A DNA stretch of 32,000 nucleotides. Source: a virus. Below the pieces are notes generated by a model. That model saw only the letters and a list, made by a program, of their open reading frames with translations. It was not told where the DNA came from and did not search any database. The stretch is from positions 1 through 32,000 of IMG/VR virus record IMGVR_UViG_3300045988_006330; one strand, 5' to 3'. Each line of letters opens with the position of its first letter. Within the stretch, counting starts at the first letter, position 1. The position numbers were made by a program, and so were the translations under genes. Below are positions 14,059 through 23,309 of the stretch, piece after piece.

Positions 14059-14428
14059 GTTGTCTGTCATCACTAAAAATAAAAATGAAGCTAAAAAATG
14101 AATATAGATTTTTAGTGGCTTGAACACTTTTCGACACGGACAAGCTGACAGACCTTGTCCAAACAAACCCAGCAAATTTTAAGAAAAAAGGATGTGAAAA
14201 ACCCTCTTTCTTATTGATATCTTGCATTACTAAATAGCCAAAGACCTTGCTGGTGTCGATGGCTAGAAGGAGGTGATAAAAGGCTTGAGAAACACCCAAA
14301 GAATAAATACGTATTCTATCTTTTCAATAAAATCTCTTAACGTTTCTTGAGCTAAAATAAAAAAGACCGACACAATGGCCGGCACTTTCTGAAAGTCAAC
14401 ACTACTATTATACCAGAGAGGGCTTAAA

Positions 14429-14845
14429 ATGCTATTGCCGGAAATTGATGAGAAAGCAACAATCAAACGTTGCAAGCGCAAACTTCGAGAATACCCACGA
14501 TGGCGAGAAATTGCACACGATAGCGCCGAGCAGAAAATAACACAGGAATTCACCTTTATGCCCCGTGGTGGCAGTGGAGTGAGCAGACCAGTGGAAAATA
14601 TTGCAGTTAGGCGTGTCGATGCTATGAACGAGCTAGAAGCCATTGAGCAAGCAGTTAGCGGGTTATATCGTCCAGACTATCGCAGAATACTGATAGAGAA
14701 ATATCTGGCATACCCACCGAAACCAAACTGGCAAATTGCCCAGGGAATTGGCTTTGAAAGAACAGCCTTTCAAGAATTGCTAAATAATGCCATCCTAGCA
14801 TTCGCAGAATTGTACAGAAATGGTCAATTAGTCGTGGAACGTTGA
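14429..14845 (+). CDS. ArpU-family late transcriptional regulator
   Basis: MLLPEIDEKATIKRCKRKLREYPRW... and its position immediately upstream of terS are typical of ArpU/RinA-type late activators. 138 aa. Confidence 0.8.
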   Translation: MLLPEIDEKATIKRCKRKLREYPRWREIAHDSAEQKITQEFTFMPRGGSGVSRPVENIAVRRVDAMNELEAIEQAVSGLYRPDYRRILIEKYLAYPPKPNWQIAQGIGFERTAFQELLNNAILAFAELYRNGQLVVER

Positions 14846-14923
14846 GATTTCGGTATTTTGACGGATAATTCACGGTGTCTAACAAGTGTTTAAAGTGGTA
14901 TTATTATATTATCGAAGAAAAAC

Positions 14924-14955
14924 GGAGACAACTCACTTTGTGGGTTGTCTTTTTC
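14924..14955 (+). terminator. Terminator-like hairpin in the terS leader
   Basis: 14924-14935 pairs with 14941-14952 (core AGACAAC/GTTGTCT) around a 5-nt loop, with a T-run at 14950-14954. It lies about 10 nt before the terS RBS. Confidence 0.5.
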
Positions 14956-14973
14956 AGTATCAGAAAGGAGTTG

Positions 14974-15417
14974 ATGGAAAATGGGATGACCGAGAAACAA
15001 ATGAAGTTTGCCGATGAGTACATCATCAGCCTAAATGCTTCGCAAGCGTATAAGAAGGCTTATCCTAATATTAAGAACAATGATGTTGCGAAAGCTAATG
15101 GAAGTAGACTGCTTGCTAAAGCTAACATCAAGGCTTATATAGACGAGCAACTTGAGAAATTAAAGTCGGAACGTGTTGCGGATCAACAAGAGGTCATGGA
15201 ATTTCTAACTGCCGTCATGCGTGGAGAAGTTGAAGAACCCTTGCTGGTCCTCGATGGCGAGGGCATGCAACGCATTGCTCAAGCTAAGCCGAACGTCGCT
15301 ACTCGTCGAGCTGCGGCAGTTGATATCGGTAAGCGTTATAGAATGTGGACAGACAAGGTCGAAGCTGATGTAACGCAAGATATCAATATTAATGTCGGTG
15401 AATGGAATGACGATTAA
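14974..15417 (+). CDS. terS: Terminase small subunit
   Basis: MENGMTEKQMKFADEYIISLNASQAYKKAYP is the usual small-terminase HTH N-terminus. The start is 14974 or 14986. The track's longer N-terminal extension is rejected. Confidence 0.85.
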   Translation: MENGMTEKQMKFADEYIISLNASQAYKKAYPNIKNNDVAKANGSRLLAKANIKAYIDEQLEKLKSERVADQQEVMEFLTAVMRGEVEEPLLVLDGEGMQRIAQAKPNVATRRAAAVDIGKRYRMWTDKVEADVTQDININVGEWNDD

Positions 15418-16672
15418 TCTTGAAATCAATCCAAGCAAGGTGTTTAATCGGCATATCTATGAGCATTTGTTTGATTACGACACATTCACTGAGGTTCATT
15501 ACGGCGGGGCATCTAGCGGTAAGAGTCATGGGGTCTTCCAGAAGATAGTCCTCAAGGCTCTTAAAAATTGGGACAAACCCCGCAAGATATTGATATTGCG
15601 AAAAGTAGGCTCTACGGTTCGTGATTCGGTGTTTGCGGACGTGCAAGCAGCCTTGTCTTATTTCGGTGTGCTTGCTTTGTGCAAGGTTAACATGAGCGCA
15701 TTCCGTATTGAGCTACCAAACGGCGCTGAACTGATTTTTAAAGGTATGGATAATCCAGAAAAAATCAAGTCTATCAAAGGTATTTCAGACGTGGTCATGG
15801 AAGAAGCGTCTGAGTTTACGCTTGACGATTACACACAGCTAACACTTCGTTTGAGGGATAAAGCTCACAAGCAGAAGCAAATCTATTTGATGTTTAACCC
15901 AGTTTCTAAGGCTAACTGGGTATATAATGCGTTCTTTGTGAAGAACCCTAAAAACACAGTGGTTTATCAAACGACGTACAAGGACAATCGCTTTCTGGAT
16001 GACTTGACCAAGGAGAATATCGAGGAACTAGCAAACAGAAACGAAGCCTACTACAAAATCTATGCTTTGGGTGAGTTTGCAACACTCGACAAACTAGTAT
16101 TTCCAAAATATGAAAAGAGATTACTCAACAAGGACGAGCTTAAACAGCTACCGTCCTTTTTTGGTCTTGACTTTGGTTTTACTAACGACCCGACGGCGTT
16201 TATGCACGTCAAGATAGACCGAGAGAATAAGCGGCTATACATCCTTGAAGAGTATGTCAAGAGGGGTTTGCTTAACAACCAGATTGCAGAAGCTATCACT
16301 AGCTTGGGCTATTCAAAAGAAGTGATTATGGCTGATTCAGCAGAGCAGAAATCTATTGCTGAACTGCAAACACTGGGCTTGCGTCGAGCTATTCCAGTAG
16401 ACAAGGGCAAAGGCTCAGTTCTACAAGGGATTCAATTCTTGCAGCAGTTCGACATCATCGTTGATGAGAGATGTGTCAAGACGATTGAGGAACTTGAGAA
16501 CTATACATGGCAGAAAGATAAGCATACAAACGAGTACATCAACAAGCCGTGCGATAGTTATAACCACTGTATCGATGCGATTAGGTACGCACTGCAAAAC
16601 CTTATTTTCGTCAAGGATAGGCAGGACGTAGACGCTAAGATTAGGCGTGTTAACAAACTGATAAGGAGATAG
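15392..16672 (+). CDS. terL: Terminase large subunit (PBSX-like, headful type)
   Basis: Walker A GGASSGKS. 426 aa, overlapping the terS end. A C-terminal nuclease region is present. Alternative start at 15407. Confidence 0.9.
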   Translation: MSVNGMTINLEINPSKVFNRHIYEHLFDYDTFTEVHYGGASSGKSHGVFQKIVLKALKNWDKPRKILILRKVGSTVRDSVFADVQAALSYFGVLALCKVNMSAFRIELPNGAELIFKGMDNPEKIKSIKGISDVVMEEASEFTLDDYTQLTLRLRDKAHKQKQIYLMFNPVSKANWVYNAFFVKNPKNTVVYQTTYKDNRFLDDLTKENIEELANRNEAYYKIYALGEFATLDKLVFPKYEKRLLNKDELKQLPSFFGLDFGFTNDPTAFMHVKIDRENKRLYILEEYVKRGLLNNQIAEAITSLGYSKEVIMADSAEQKSIAELQTLGLRRAIPVDKGKGSVLQGIQFLQQFDIIVDERCVKTIEELENYTWQKDKHTNEYINKPCDSYNHCIDAIRYALQNLIFVKDRQDVDAKIRRVNKLIRR

Positions 16673-16673
16673 A

Positions 16674-18173
16674 ATGACGAACACAACACATAGTGCTGAC
16701 GACATCTTGCATGAAGGACAGTACATTCCTAGATCATACCAATTCGAGCGAGACATGGAACCGACTAGCTTGCAGAAACGTGAAGACTTCCTTCGTTTTC
16801 CAAAAGAAGCTAATACACACTTCATGGCTCAATCAGCGGACGACCTAGTGGACACGTTCCAAGGGCGTGAGAAGTTAGAAAAAATGGTAGCTCAGTTTCA
16901 AGATGGACAGATAAGCCGCTTGAATATCCTAGAGAGCTACTCAAACGGGAATAACTACACGATTCTAAATGGTCGTAAACGACTAGAACCAGAGAAAGCT
17001 GACTACCGTATTAGGCACGACCTGGGCGGACAAGCTAGCCGCTTCTTTACTGGTTACACGGTAGGTCAACCTATTTCAATCGGTGCTACTGACACTAACA
17101 GTGACTTGACGGCTATTGATGATTTCAACGCTTACAACGACATTGAAGCTCTTAACCGTGAGCTAGTCTATGACGCTTCACGCTTTGGGCGAGCGTTCGA
17201 GCTGCATTATTATGACGAGTTTGGCAATCCAGCAGTGGTCTTGATTGACGCAAGGGAGATGTTCACAATCCGTAGCGCAGACGTCCGAAAGGATATTATT
17301 GCGGCTGTTCATTGTCCAGTTTACAACGGCGAGATGTTTGTCACGGTCTATACGGACAACAAGATTGTTAGTTATGATCCAAACTGGCAGGAAATCGAAC
17401 GAAAAGAGAACCCGTTTGGAATGGTGCCCGTGGTCGAGTGGCAGAATAACCGAGAGCGCTCGGGAGACTGGGAGAAAGGTATTCCAATCATTGACGCTTA
17501 CGACGCAGCAGAGTCGGACACAGCTAACTACATGTCAGACCTTAATGACGCCATGCTTGTTATCAAAGGCGATGTTGAAAGTACAGGTATGAATGCGTCT
17601 GACATCATGAAAATGAAACACGCTAACATGCTTGTGCTTGAGAGCGGTGTCGGACACAACGGACAGCAGACGTCATTAGATGCGGGCTATATCTACAAGC
17701 AATATGATGTCAGCGGCGTTGAAGCGTATAAGTCACGTTTGATTAAAGACTTCTTCCGCATTGTCGGACTGCCAAACTTGCAAGACGATTCGACTTTCTC
17801 AGCTACGTCTGGGATTGCTATCCGCTACAAGCTAGTTGATTTGCAGCAAGTTACAGCGGTTAAGCGTGGGTTCTTTGTTAAGGCACTCCGAAGACGCTAT
17901 AAACTGCTTGAGTTGCTATCTAACAACCTCAAGGGTATCGAACCAGTGGACGCTGACATGCTGACATTCACGTTCCATGAGAACCTACCAACGGATGTAT
18001 GGGCTGAGATTCAATCAGCTATCAATTCGGGCATGGAAATCTCACAAGAAACGCTTATGGAATCAGCTAGCTTTACCGATGCTCGCAAGGAAAAGAGCCG
18101 CTTGCTTAAAGAGGGTGGGGCCACTGATTTAGAAGTCAGCCAGATTGTAGGTGTTGAGGATGATGACGAATGA
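16674..18173 (+). CDS. Portal protein (SPP1 gp6-like)
   Basis: 499 aa, directly after terL, with an acidic C-terminus. Confidence 0.85.
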   Translation: MTNTTHSADDILHEGQYIPRSYQFERDMEPTSLQKREDFLRFPKEANTHFMAQSADDLVDTFQGREKLEKMVAQFQDGQISRLNILESYSNGNNYTILNGRKRLEPEKADYRIRHDLGGQASRFFTGYTVGQPISIGATDTNSDLTAIDDFNAYNDIEALNRELVYDASRFGRAFELHYYDEFGNPAVVLIDAREMFTIRSADVRKDIIAAVHCPVYNGEMFVTVYTDNKIVSYDPNWQEIERKENPFGMVPVVEWQNNRERSGDWEKGIPIIDAYDAAESDTANYMSDLNDAMLVIKGDVESTGMNASDIMKMKHANMLVLESGVGHNGQQTSLDAGYIYKQYDVSGVEAYKSRLIKDFFRIVGLPNLQDDSTFSATSGIAIRYKLVDLQQVTAVKRGFFVKALRRRYKLLELLSNNLKGIEPVDADMLTFTFHENLPTDVWAEIQSAINSGMEISQETLMESASFTDARKEKSRLLKEGGATDLEVSQIVGVEDDDE

Positions 18174-19116
18174 TGAACGCTACAATGCTGAACGAAAAGC
18201 ACAATCAGACCTAATCAAGCGAGATATAGAGCGTGACAAGGTCTTAAAAGAGCTCTATCAAGCGTCATATAACCGCATGCAAAGCCAAATAAACGGGTTT
18301 TACATGCGCTATGCTGACAAAGAGGGGCTGAGCCGTGCCGAAGCTATGAAGCGAGCTAGTGAGTTCGATGTCACTGAGTACAGAGACCGAGCTAGGAAGG
18401 CAGTAGTCGAGAAAGATTTCTCGCACGGCACTAACCAATGGCTGAGACTGTTTAACCTTAAAATGAAAGTCAGTCGCTTGGAGCTGCTCAAAGCAGAATT
18501 AAGGCTTGAAATAGCTAGCCTTATATCAGACGTTAACGAAGTCTTTGACGAGGCGCGTGAGAGCGAATATTTAGCCGAGTTTAGGCGTCAAGCGGGTATC
18601 TTGGGCAATTCTGCCGTCAATGCAGTAAGCCGCATGAGAGCGATTTTAGACGCTGATTTCTACGGGCAGCATTTTAGTCGTAGAGTTTGGGGCAGAAACG
18701 GACTTCATGCAAACATGCAGAAGGATGTGTTTAGCTCGTTAGCACGTATCTTCACCGACATGGACGGTTTTAAGCAGGAACGGCAGCGATTAGCTAAGAA
18801 ATATAACACAAGTCAGTCCAATGCCCAACGGCTACTCAAGACCGAAATAGCTCGCATTAATGCTGATACAGAATTGATGATGTTGAAGGAGAATGACTTC
18901 ACGCATTTAATCTATGTCGCTGAAAGTGGGGCTTGCGATATCTGTAAGCCTTTGGATAGAAAAGCCATACCGATTAACAAGGCGGAAAAGGGGGTTAACA
19001 TGTACCCAATGCACCCTAACTGCCGCTGTTCAGCGTATGGACACATCAAAATGGAATACAAAGCCGGCGGCAGCACTCTTGATGAAGAAGCTGTTAACGG
19101 CGTTTGGGGCGAGTAA
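18151..19116 (+). CDS. Head morphogenesis / minor capsid protein (SPP1 gp7 family)
   Basis: It follows the portal gene and carries C-terminal CDIC...HPNCRC motifs typical of gp7-like proteins. Confidence 0.8.
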   Translation: MLRMMTNDERYNAERKAQSDLIKRDIERDKVLKELYQASYNRMQSQINGFYMRYADKEGLSRAEAMKRASEFDVTEYRDRARKAVVEKDFSHGTNQWLRLFNLKMKVSRLELLKAELRLEIASLISDVNEVFDEARESEYLAEFRRQAGILGNSAVNAVSRMRAILDADFYGQHFSRRVWGRNGLHANMQKDVFSSLARIFTDMDGFKQERQRLAKKYNTSQSNAQRLLKTEIARINADTELMMLKENDFTHLIYVAESGACDICKPLDRKAIPINKAEKGVNMYPMHPNCRCSAYGHIKMEYKAGGSTLDEEAVNGVWGE

Positions 19117-19203
19117 GCCTTTGTCCAGACCGTGCTGATGACATTTAAAAGCTGCATGAGTTCGTCGAGGTTGGACGTAAAAGCGTAAAGAAAGGAGCCT
19201 ATC

Positions 19204-19755
19204 ATGGCAGAAAAAGAACTTGAAACAGTTGAAAATCCTCAAGAGGTTGAAGCTAGCCAACCAGAAAAAGAGGAAAAAATGGTGTCAGTCGCTGAAATGC
19301 AGCGCAGACTCAAACAGATGGAAGAAAAACATACTCTTGAAATTGCTGATATGCAAACCGGTATTCAAGCTCAAATTGAGGAAGCCGTTGCTAAAGCTAA
19401 AATGAGTGAAGAAGAACTTCAAGAGCTGCAACAGAAACAGCGGGATAAAGAATTCGAAGAAGCCCAGAGCACAATTGCAGCGCTTGAAGCTCAAATTGCT
19501 CAACGTCAAATGCAGGATATCGCCATCAAAGAGCTCGAAGCTCAAGGCGTGCCCGTCAACGAGTCAACGCTTGCATTCGTTGTTAAAGGCGACGAAGAAG
19601 CTACCAAGCTAGCTGTTTCAAACATGGCTAACATTCTAAACTTGCAGAAGCGTGAAGAAGCAAAAGCTCTACCACCTCGCACAAGCGGCGGAGAGGAAGG
19701 GCGTTCACATCGTGGAAAAGACAAGTTTGATAAAGCCAAAATCACTAATTTCTAA
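19204..19755 (+). CDS. Scaffolding protein
   Basis: 183 aa, strongly E/K/Q/A-rich coiled coil, immediately upstream of the capsid gene. Confidence 0.75.
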   Translation: MAEKELETVENPQEVEASQPEKEEKMVSVAEMQRRLKQMEEKHTLEIADMQTGIQAQIEEAVAKAKMSEEELQELQQKQRDKEFEEAQSTIAALEAQIAQRQMQDIAIKELEAQGVPVNESTLAFVVKGDEEATKLAVSNMANILNLQKREEAKALPPRTSGGEEGRSHRGKDKFDKAKITNF

Positions 19756-19773
19756 TTTAAGAAAGGAGAGCGC

Positions 19774-20706
19774 ATGGCTCAACAAAAATTTAATCCAGAC
19801 ACAGTCCTATTGTCTGATTCTCTTGGAAAAGAGGTCACATCAGAACAAATCACTGATCTATTCACTGACGAACTCGTTAAAACTTCAAAAGTTATTCAGC
19901 TTGGTCAAAAAGTTGAAATGGACGGCAAAATGGTCCGTAAGGGCGTTGAAGTTGGTCAATTGACAGACGCTTATTTTGTGGGTGAAGGTCAAAAAATTGG
20001 TACTGCAAAAGTACAAACTAAATCTTACGTTCTTGAATCTCGCAAATTGGCGGTTATCTTGCCAGTCACAGAAGAAGTCCTCAATTACACTTGGACTGAC
20101 TTCTTCGAATCAATCAAGGATAAGGTTGTTGACTTGTTTAACAAAAAAATCGACGGGGCAGCATTCCTCGGTTTGTATAACAACCCATTCGGTGCCAACG
20201 TTTTGGCGTCTGCTAAACGTGCTCAAAACATCGTATCTGGGGACATCAACCTTAATAACATCTATGATGTGGAAGATAAGTCAGAAAAAGAACCTAACGC
20301 ATTCGTAGGTCACCGCACAATCAACCGCACACTCCGTGGGATTGTCGACAATGTTAACGGTGGTCAACACATCTTCACTAAACCAGCTAACCCTAACGCA
20401 ATCGGTGAGCTTGATGGGCTTCCATATTCGCAACTTCAATTGCAAGATGGGCAAACTTACCCAGCAGGTACATTGATTACTGGTAACTTCAATGGTTTGG
20501 TTTACGGTATTCCAAACGGTACTAACTTGCGTCTTAAAATCGCAGACCAAGCTACTTTGTCTAAAGTTCAAAATGACGGTACGCTTGATTCTGGTGACGT
20601 TCACTTGTTTGAACAAGACATGCAAGCACTCCGTGCTATCTTTGAAATCGCTGTAGCAATTCCAAACGACGAAGCATTTGCAGCTATCCAACCAGTAGGA
20701 GTCTAG
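19774..20706 (+). CDS. Major capsid protein
   Basis: 310 aa with a strong RBS (AAAGGAGAG). Assigned by position after the scaffold gene. Confidence 0.8.
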   Translation: MAQQKFNPDTVLLSDSLGKEVTSEQITDLFTDELVKTSKVIQLGQKVEMDGKMVRKGVEVGQLTDAYFVGEGQKIGTAKVQTKSYVLESRKLAVILPVTEEVLNYTWTDFFESIKDKVVDLFNKKIDGAAFLGLYNNPFGANVLASAKRAQNIVSGDINLNNIYDVEDKSEKEPNAFVGHRTINRTLRGIVDNVNGGQHIFTKPANPNAIGELDGLPYSQLQLQDGQTYPAGTLITGNFNGLVYGIPNGTNLRLKIADQATLSKVQNDGTLDSGDVHLFEQDMQALRAIFEIAVAIPNDEAFAAIQPVGV

Positions 20707-20719
20707 TCAGGAGGTTTAA

Positions 20720-20992
20720 ATGACCTATAAAGCTAAGATTACATTCCGTGACTTGCAAGATAACGAGTATATCTATCAAGCCGGGGAAGTTTACCCACGA
20801 GAAGGCTATGAGCCATCTAAAGAGCGTGTGGCAGAAGTTCTTGAAAAAGGCGGTATCGAACAAGTCGAGCCGTCAAAAGATCTTACAGTCAAAGAGCTCA
20901 AAGCAAAACTTGATGAAGCTGGTATCGAATATGATGCCAAAGCAAAAAAAGCAGATTTAGAAGAACTTCTAAAGGCTGCGGAGGAGGTCTAA
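20720..20992 (+). CDS. Small head-associated protein with a HeH/SAP-like C-terminal motif
   Basis: LTVKELKAKLDEAGIEYDAKAKKADLEELL is a helix-extension-helix pattern. Confidence 0.55.
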   Translation: MTYKAKITFRDLQDNEYIYQAGEVYPREGYEPSKERVAEVLEKGGIEQVEPSKDLTVKELKAKLDEAGIEYDAKAKKADLEELLKAAEEV

Positions 20993-20993
20993 A

Positions 20994-21341
20994 ATGAACG
21001 ATATCCAACTTGAGAAGATTAAGCGTCGGTTGGGTATCGACGTTGAAGACGATCTTGAGGATGAATTGATCGAAGACTTAGTCAACGACGCTGAGAGCTA
21101 TTTCAAAGCACTAGTTGGGACAATCGAGATTGACAAGAAGTATCATTTCATCATCGAAAATGTTGCTTGCAAGCTCTATGGTCGAAAAGGCTCAGAGGGT
21201 GTCAAAACTGAGAACGTAGACGGCTATTCAGTCACTTACGAGGATTGGGACGACATGTTCAAGCCTTACAGAAAGATTTTGGATAAAGATTTCGGTCTAG
21301 ACGGTTCGCTGGCTCGAAAAGGTAAGGTGAAGTTCTTATGA
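20994..21341 (+). CDS. Head-tail connector (gp6-like DNA-packaging protein)
   Basis: The N-terminus IKRRLGIDVEDDLEDELIEDLVNDAESYF is typical of this family. Confidence 0.7.
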   Translation: MNDIQLEKIKRRLGIDVEDDLEDELIEDLVNDAESYFKALVGTIEIDKKYHFIIENVACKLYGRKGSEGVKTENVDGYSVTYEDWDDMFKPYRKILDKDFGLDGSLARKGKVKFL

Positions 21342-21646
21342 AAACACCGCACCGCATCAAGTTAGTGAAGCAGGGTGTCTCGACTTACAACCCGATTACT
21401 GATAAGCACGAAGAAAAGGCGCAGTCTAGTAAGATTGTGCCTTGTTTGGTTAACTTCATTGACCAACAGCGGGCATTTGAAGCCTATGGGAGTAGGTCTG
21501 ACGTGGTCATGATATGCCGATTCAATCAAGAGCAGAAGCCGTTTGACTACGCTCTATACGAGGGTAAGAAGTATTATCCTATCGAACGCATTGACGCACC
21601 GATAAAAGGGGCAATCCGATTGAAACGAGGTGAGCTAAATGGCTAA
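21338..21646 (+). CDS. Head closure / head-tail adaptor protein
   Basis: Assigned by position and size (102 aa), with an ATGA overlap. Confidence 0.6.
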   Translation: MKTPHRIKLVKQGVSTYNPITDKHEEKAQSSKIVPCLVNFIDQQRAFEAYGSRSDVVMICRFNQEQKPFDYALYEGKKYYPIERIDAPIKGAIRLKRGELNG

Positions 21647-21992
21647 TTTCACAATCGAGTGGAGAGGGGACACAGTCCTCGCTGCTGCTTTGAATAAGGC
21701 AAGCCAAGGGGTTAGAACACAAGCCCAAACAGCTCTTAAAAACTCAGCCGAGAAAGGCAAGAGCATTTCAAAAGGGCTTGCGCCAGTTGATACCGGCTTT
21801 TTGAGAGCTAACATCACCACTAGGCACATGGGCGAGGAATCGCACATTCATTCAGCCGCCTCTTATAGCGGATTTCAAGAGTTTGGAACACGCTATCAGC
21901 CCGGTAAGCCGTTTATGCGTCCAATGATGCAACAAATCGAGCCTTATTTCACGGAACAAATCCGAAAAGTAATGGAAGGAGCCTTTAAATGA
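21639..21992 (+). CDS. HK97 gp10-family neck protein
   Basis: The motif ...GFQEFGTRYQPGKPFMRP is characteristic. Confidence 0.7.
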   Translation: MANFTIEWRGDTVLAAALNKASQGVRTQAQTALKNSAEKGKSISKGLAPVDTGFLRANITTRHMGEESHIHSAASYSGFQEFGTRYQPGKPFMRPMMQQIEPYFTEQIRKVMEGAFK

Positions 21993-22369
21993 CACCTAAC
22001 CACGACTTATTCAGAAATCTATTTGCTATTGCTAGTGAGACGCTAGCAACTTACGACTACTTACCCGATTCATCCGCTAGCTATCCTTTCGCTTTCATTG
22101 GTGAGAATAGCTCAGCACCTACACTCAATAACGACAATTTTGGAACGATAAGACAAACCGTCCATATCTACGGGACTAGAGTGCAGCGTGCAGAGCTAGA
22201 CGCTCACTGTCAGACGTTGGAACAAGCTAGCGAACGAATTAAAGGGTTTGAATACAACTTATTGAAGACTGGGACAGACAAGCAAGTCTTACCAGATAAT
22301 ACAGACGTCCAGCCATTGATTCACATTGTGCTGGATTTTTCATTTTCATATACCAAAAAGGAGGAATAA
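21989..22369 (+). CDS. Tail completion / tail terminator protein
   Basis: Assigned by position immediately before the major tail gene. 126 aa. Confidence 0.5.
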   Translation: MTPNHDLFRNLFAIASETLATYDYLPDSSASYPFAFIGENSSAPTLNNDNFGTIRQTVHIYGTRVQRAELDAHCQTLEQASERIKGFEYNLLKTGTDKQVLPDNTDVQPLIHIVLDFSFSYTKKEE

Positions 22370-22912
22370 ATGACAGAACTTGTTTTAGGGAAAGACCTCA
22401 TGGTCTTCTTCCGCCGTGTTAGAGACCAAAAGACGCAAGACGCTGCTAAAGTACGTTTCCAAACAGAACACACTTTCAACGCTGAAAAAGAGGTCGAAGC
22501 CACCAAAACCAAAGACGGCGTAGTCAACTCTATTTCAGACGGTGAAGTGTCTGGAGAATTCGTATCACTTGCGTATCGTGAAGATGGCACTACTGTTGAA
22601 ATGTGGCGTGAAATGCAGAAATGGTTCTTTGCAGGCGACAAAGTAGAGTGCTGGCAAGTTGACCTTGCTTCTAAACGCATGTCTGGGGGCAAAGAAGTCT
22701 ATAACGTTGAATACTACCAAGGCTACCTTAAGAATTTTGAAACTTCAGCACCCGCTGACGACAAAGTTGAGCTTTCTTATGAAATGGCTATTGATGGCAA
22801 CGGTATTATTTCAACCGACAGCTTGACAGAGGCTCAGAAAAAAGCAGTTGCAAGTGCTCAATACGACTACCACACTCTTGCTAAAGAAGACGGCCTAGTT
22901 TCATCTATCTAG
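22370..22912 (+). CDS. Major tail protein
   Basis: 180 aa, assigned by position. A strong terminator follows. Confidence 0.75.
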   Translation: MTELVLGKDLMVFFRRVRDQKTQDAAKVRFQTEHTFNAEKEVEATKTKDGVVNSISDGEVSGEFVSLAYREDGTTVEMWREMQKWFFAGDKVECWQVDLASKRMSGGKEVYNVEYYQGYLKNFETSAPADDKVELSYEMAIDGNGIISTDSLTEAQKKAVASAQYDYHTLAKEDGLVSSI

Positions 22913-22920
22913 TCTAACTG

Positions 22921-22947
22921 CAGGGGCTTTGTGCCCTTGCTTTTTTT
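22921..22947 (+). terminator. Intrinsic terminator after the major tail gene
   Basis: CAGGGGC-TTTGT-GCCCTTG (7-bp stem) followed by C-TTTTTTT. Confidence 0.8.
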
Positions 22948-22967
22948 GTATAAAGGAGAAATAAAAC

Positions 22968-23309
22968 ATGATTCTATCTATCAACGGACGAGACTTTAAT
23001 TTGATTTTCGGACTTGCATTTTTGCGTGAAATCAACAAATTGCACTCAGCAGAACTTGAGGGCATGAAGACTGGTTACGGTGCCATGACATTGATTTCAG
23101 CCGGCGTCGCTATCAACGACCCTCTTGCATTCGTGGATATCATCAAAGCTGGTACGATTACAGCGCCACAAAAGCCAAGTGATGCAGACATTGAAGCCTA
23201 TCTTGCTGATTTGATTGACAAAGGTAAATACAAGGAGACAATCGACTCTATTATTGACGAGTTAAAAGCGTCATCCCTACTCAAACTCGCAATGAACGTT
23301 CAAGAGTAG
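22968..23309 (+). CDS. Tail assembly chaperone (gpG-like)
   Basis: 113 aa, lying between the major tail and tape measure genes. Confidence 0.7.
   Translation: MILSINGRDFNLIFGLAFLREINKLHSAELEGMKTGYGAMTLISAGVAINDPLAFVDIIKAGTITAPQKPSDADIEAYLADLIDKGKYKETIDSIIDELKASSLLKLAMNVQE

Noticed and set aside
14357-14416. Minus-strand extended -10 (TGGTATAAT, 14408-14416) plus a weak hairpin and U-run (14366-14383, T-run to about 14354) as a tiny divergent sRNA gene
   Set aside because: The hairpin is only 6 bp, with two G-U pairs, and the predicted transcript would be about 40 nt. I mention it within the desert finding but do not call it as a feature.
13957-14643. Minus-strand ORFs 13957-14175, 14006-14299 and 14263-14643 in the non-coding island
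   Set aside because: They have no RBS and the 14006-14299 frame starts at TTG rather than ATG. Their sequences are hydrophobic or low-complexity, they overlap one another, and one runs antisense into arpU. I treat the region as non-coding.
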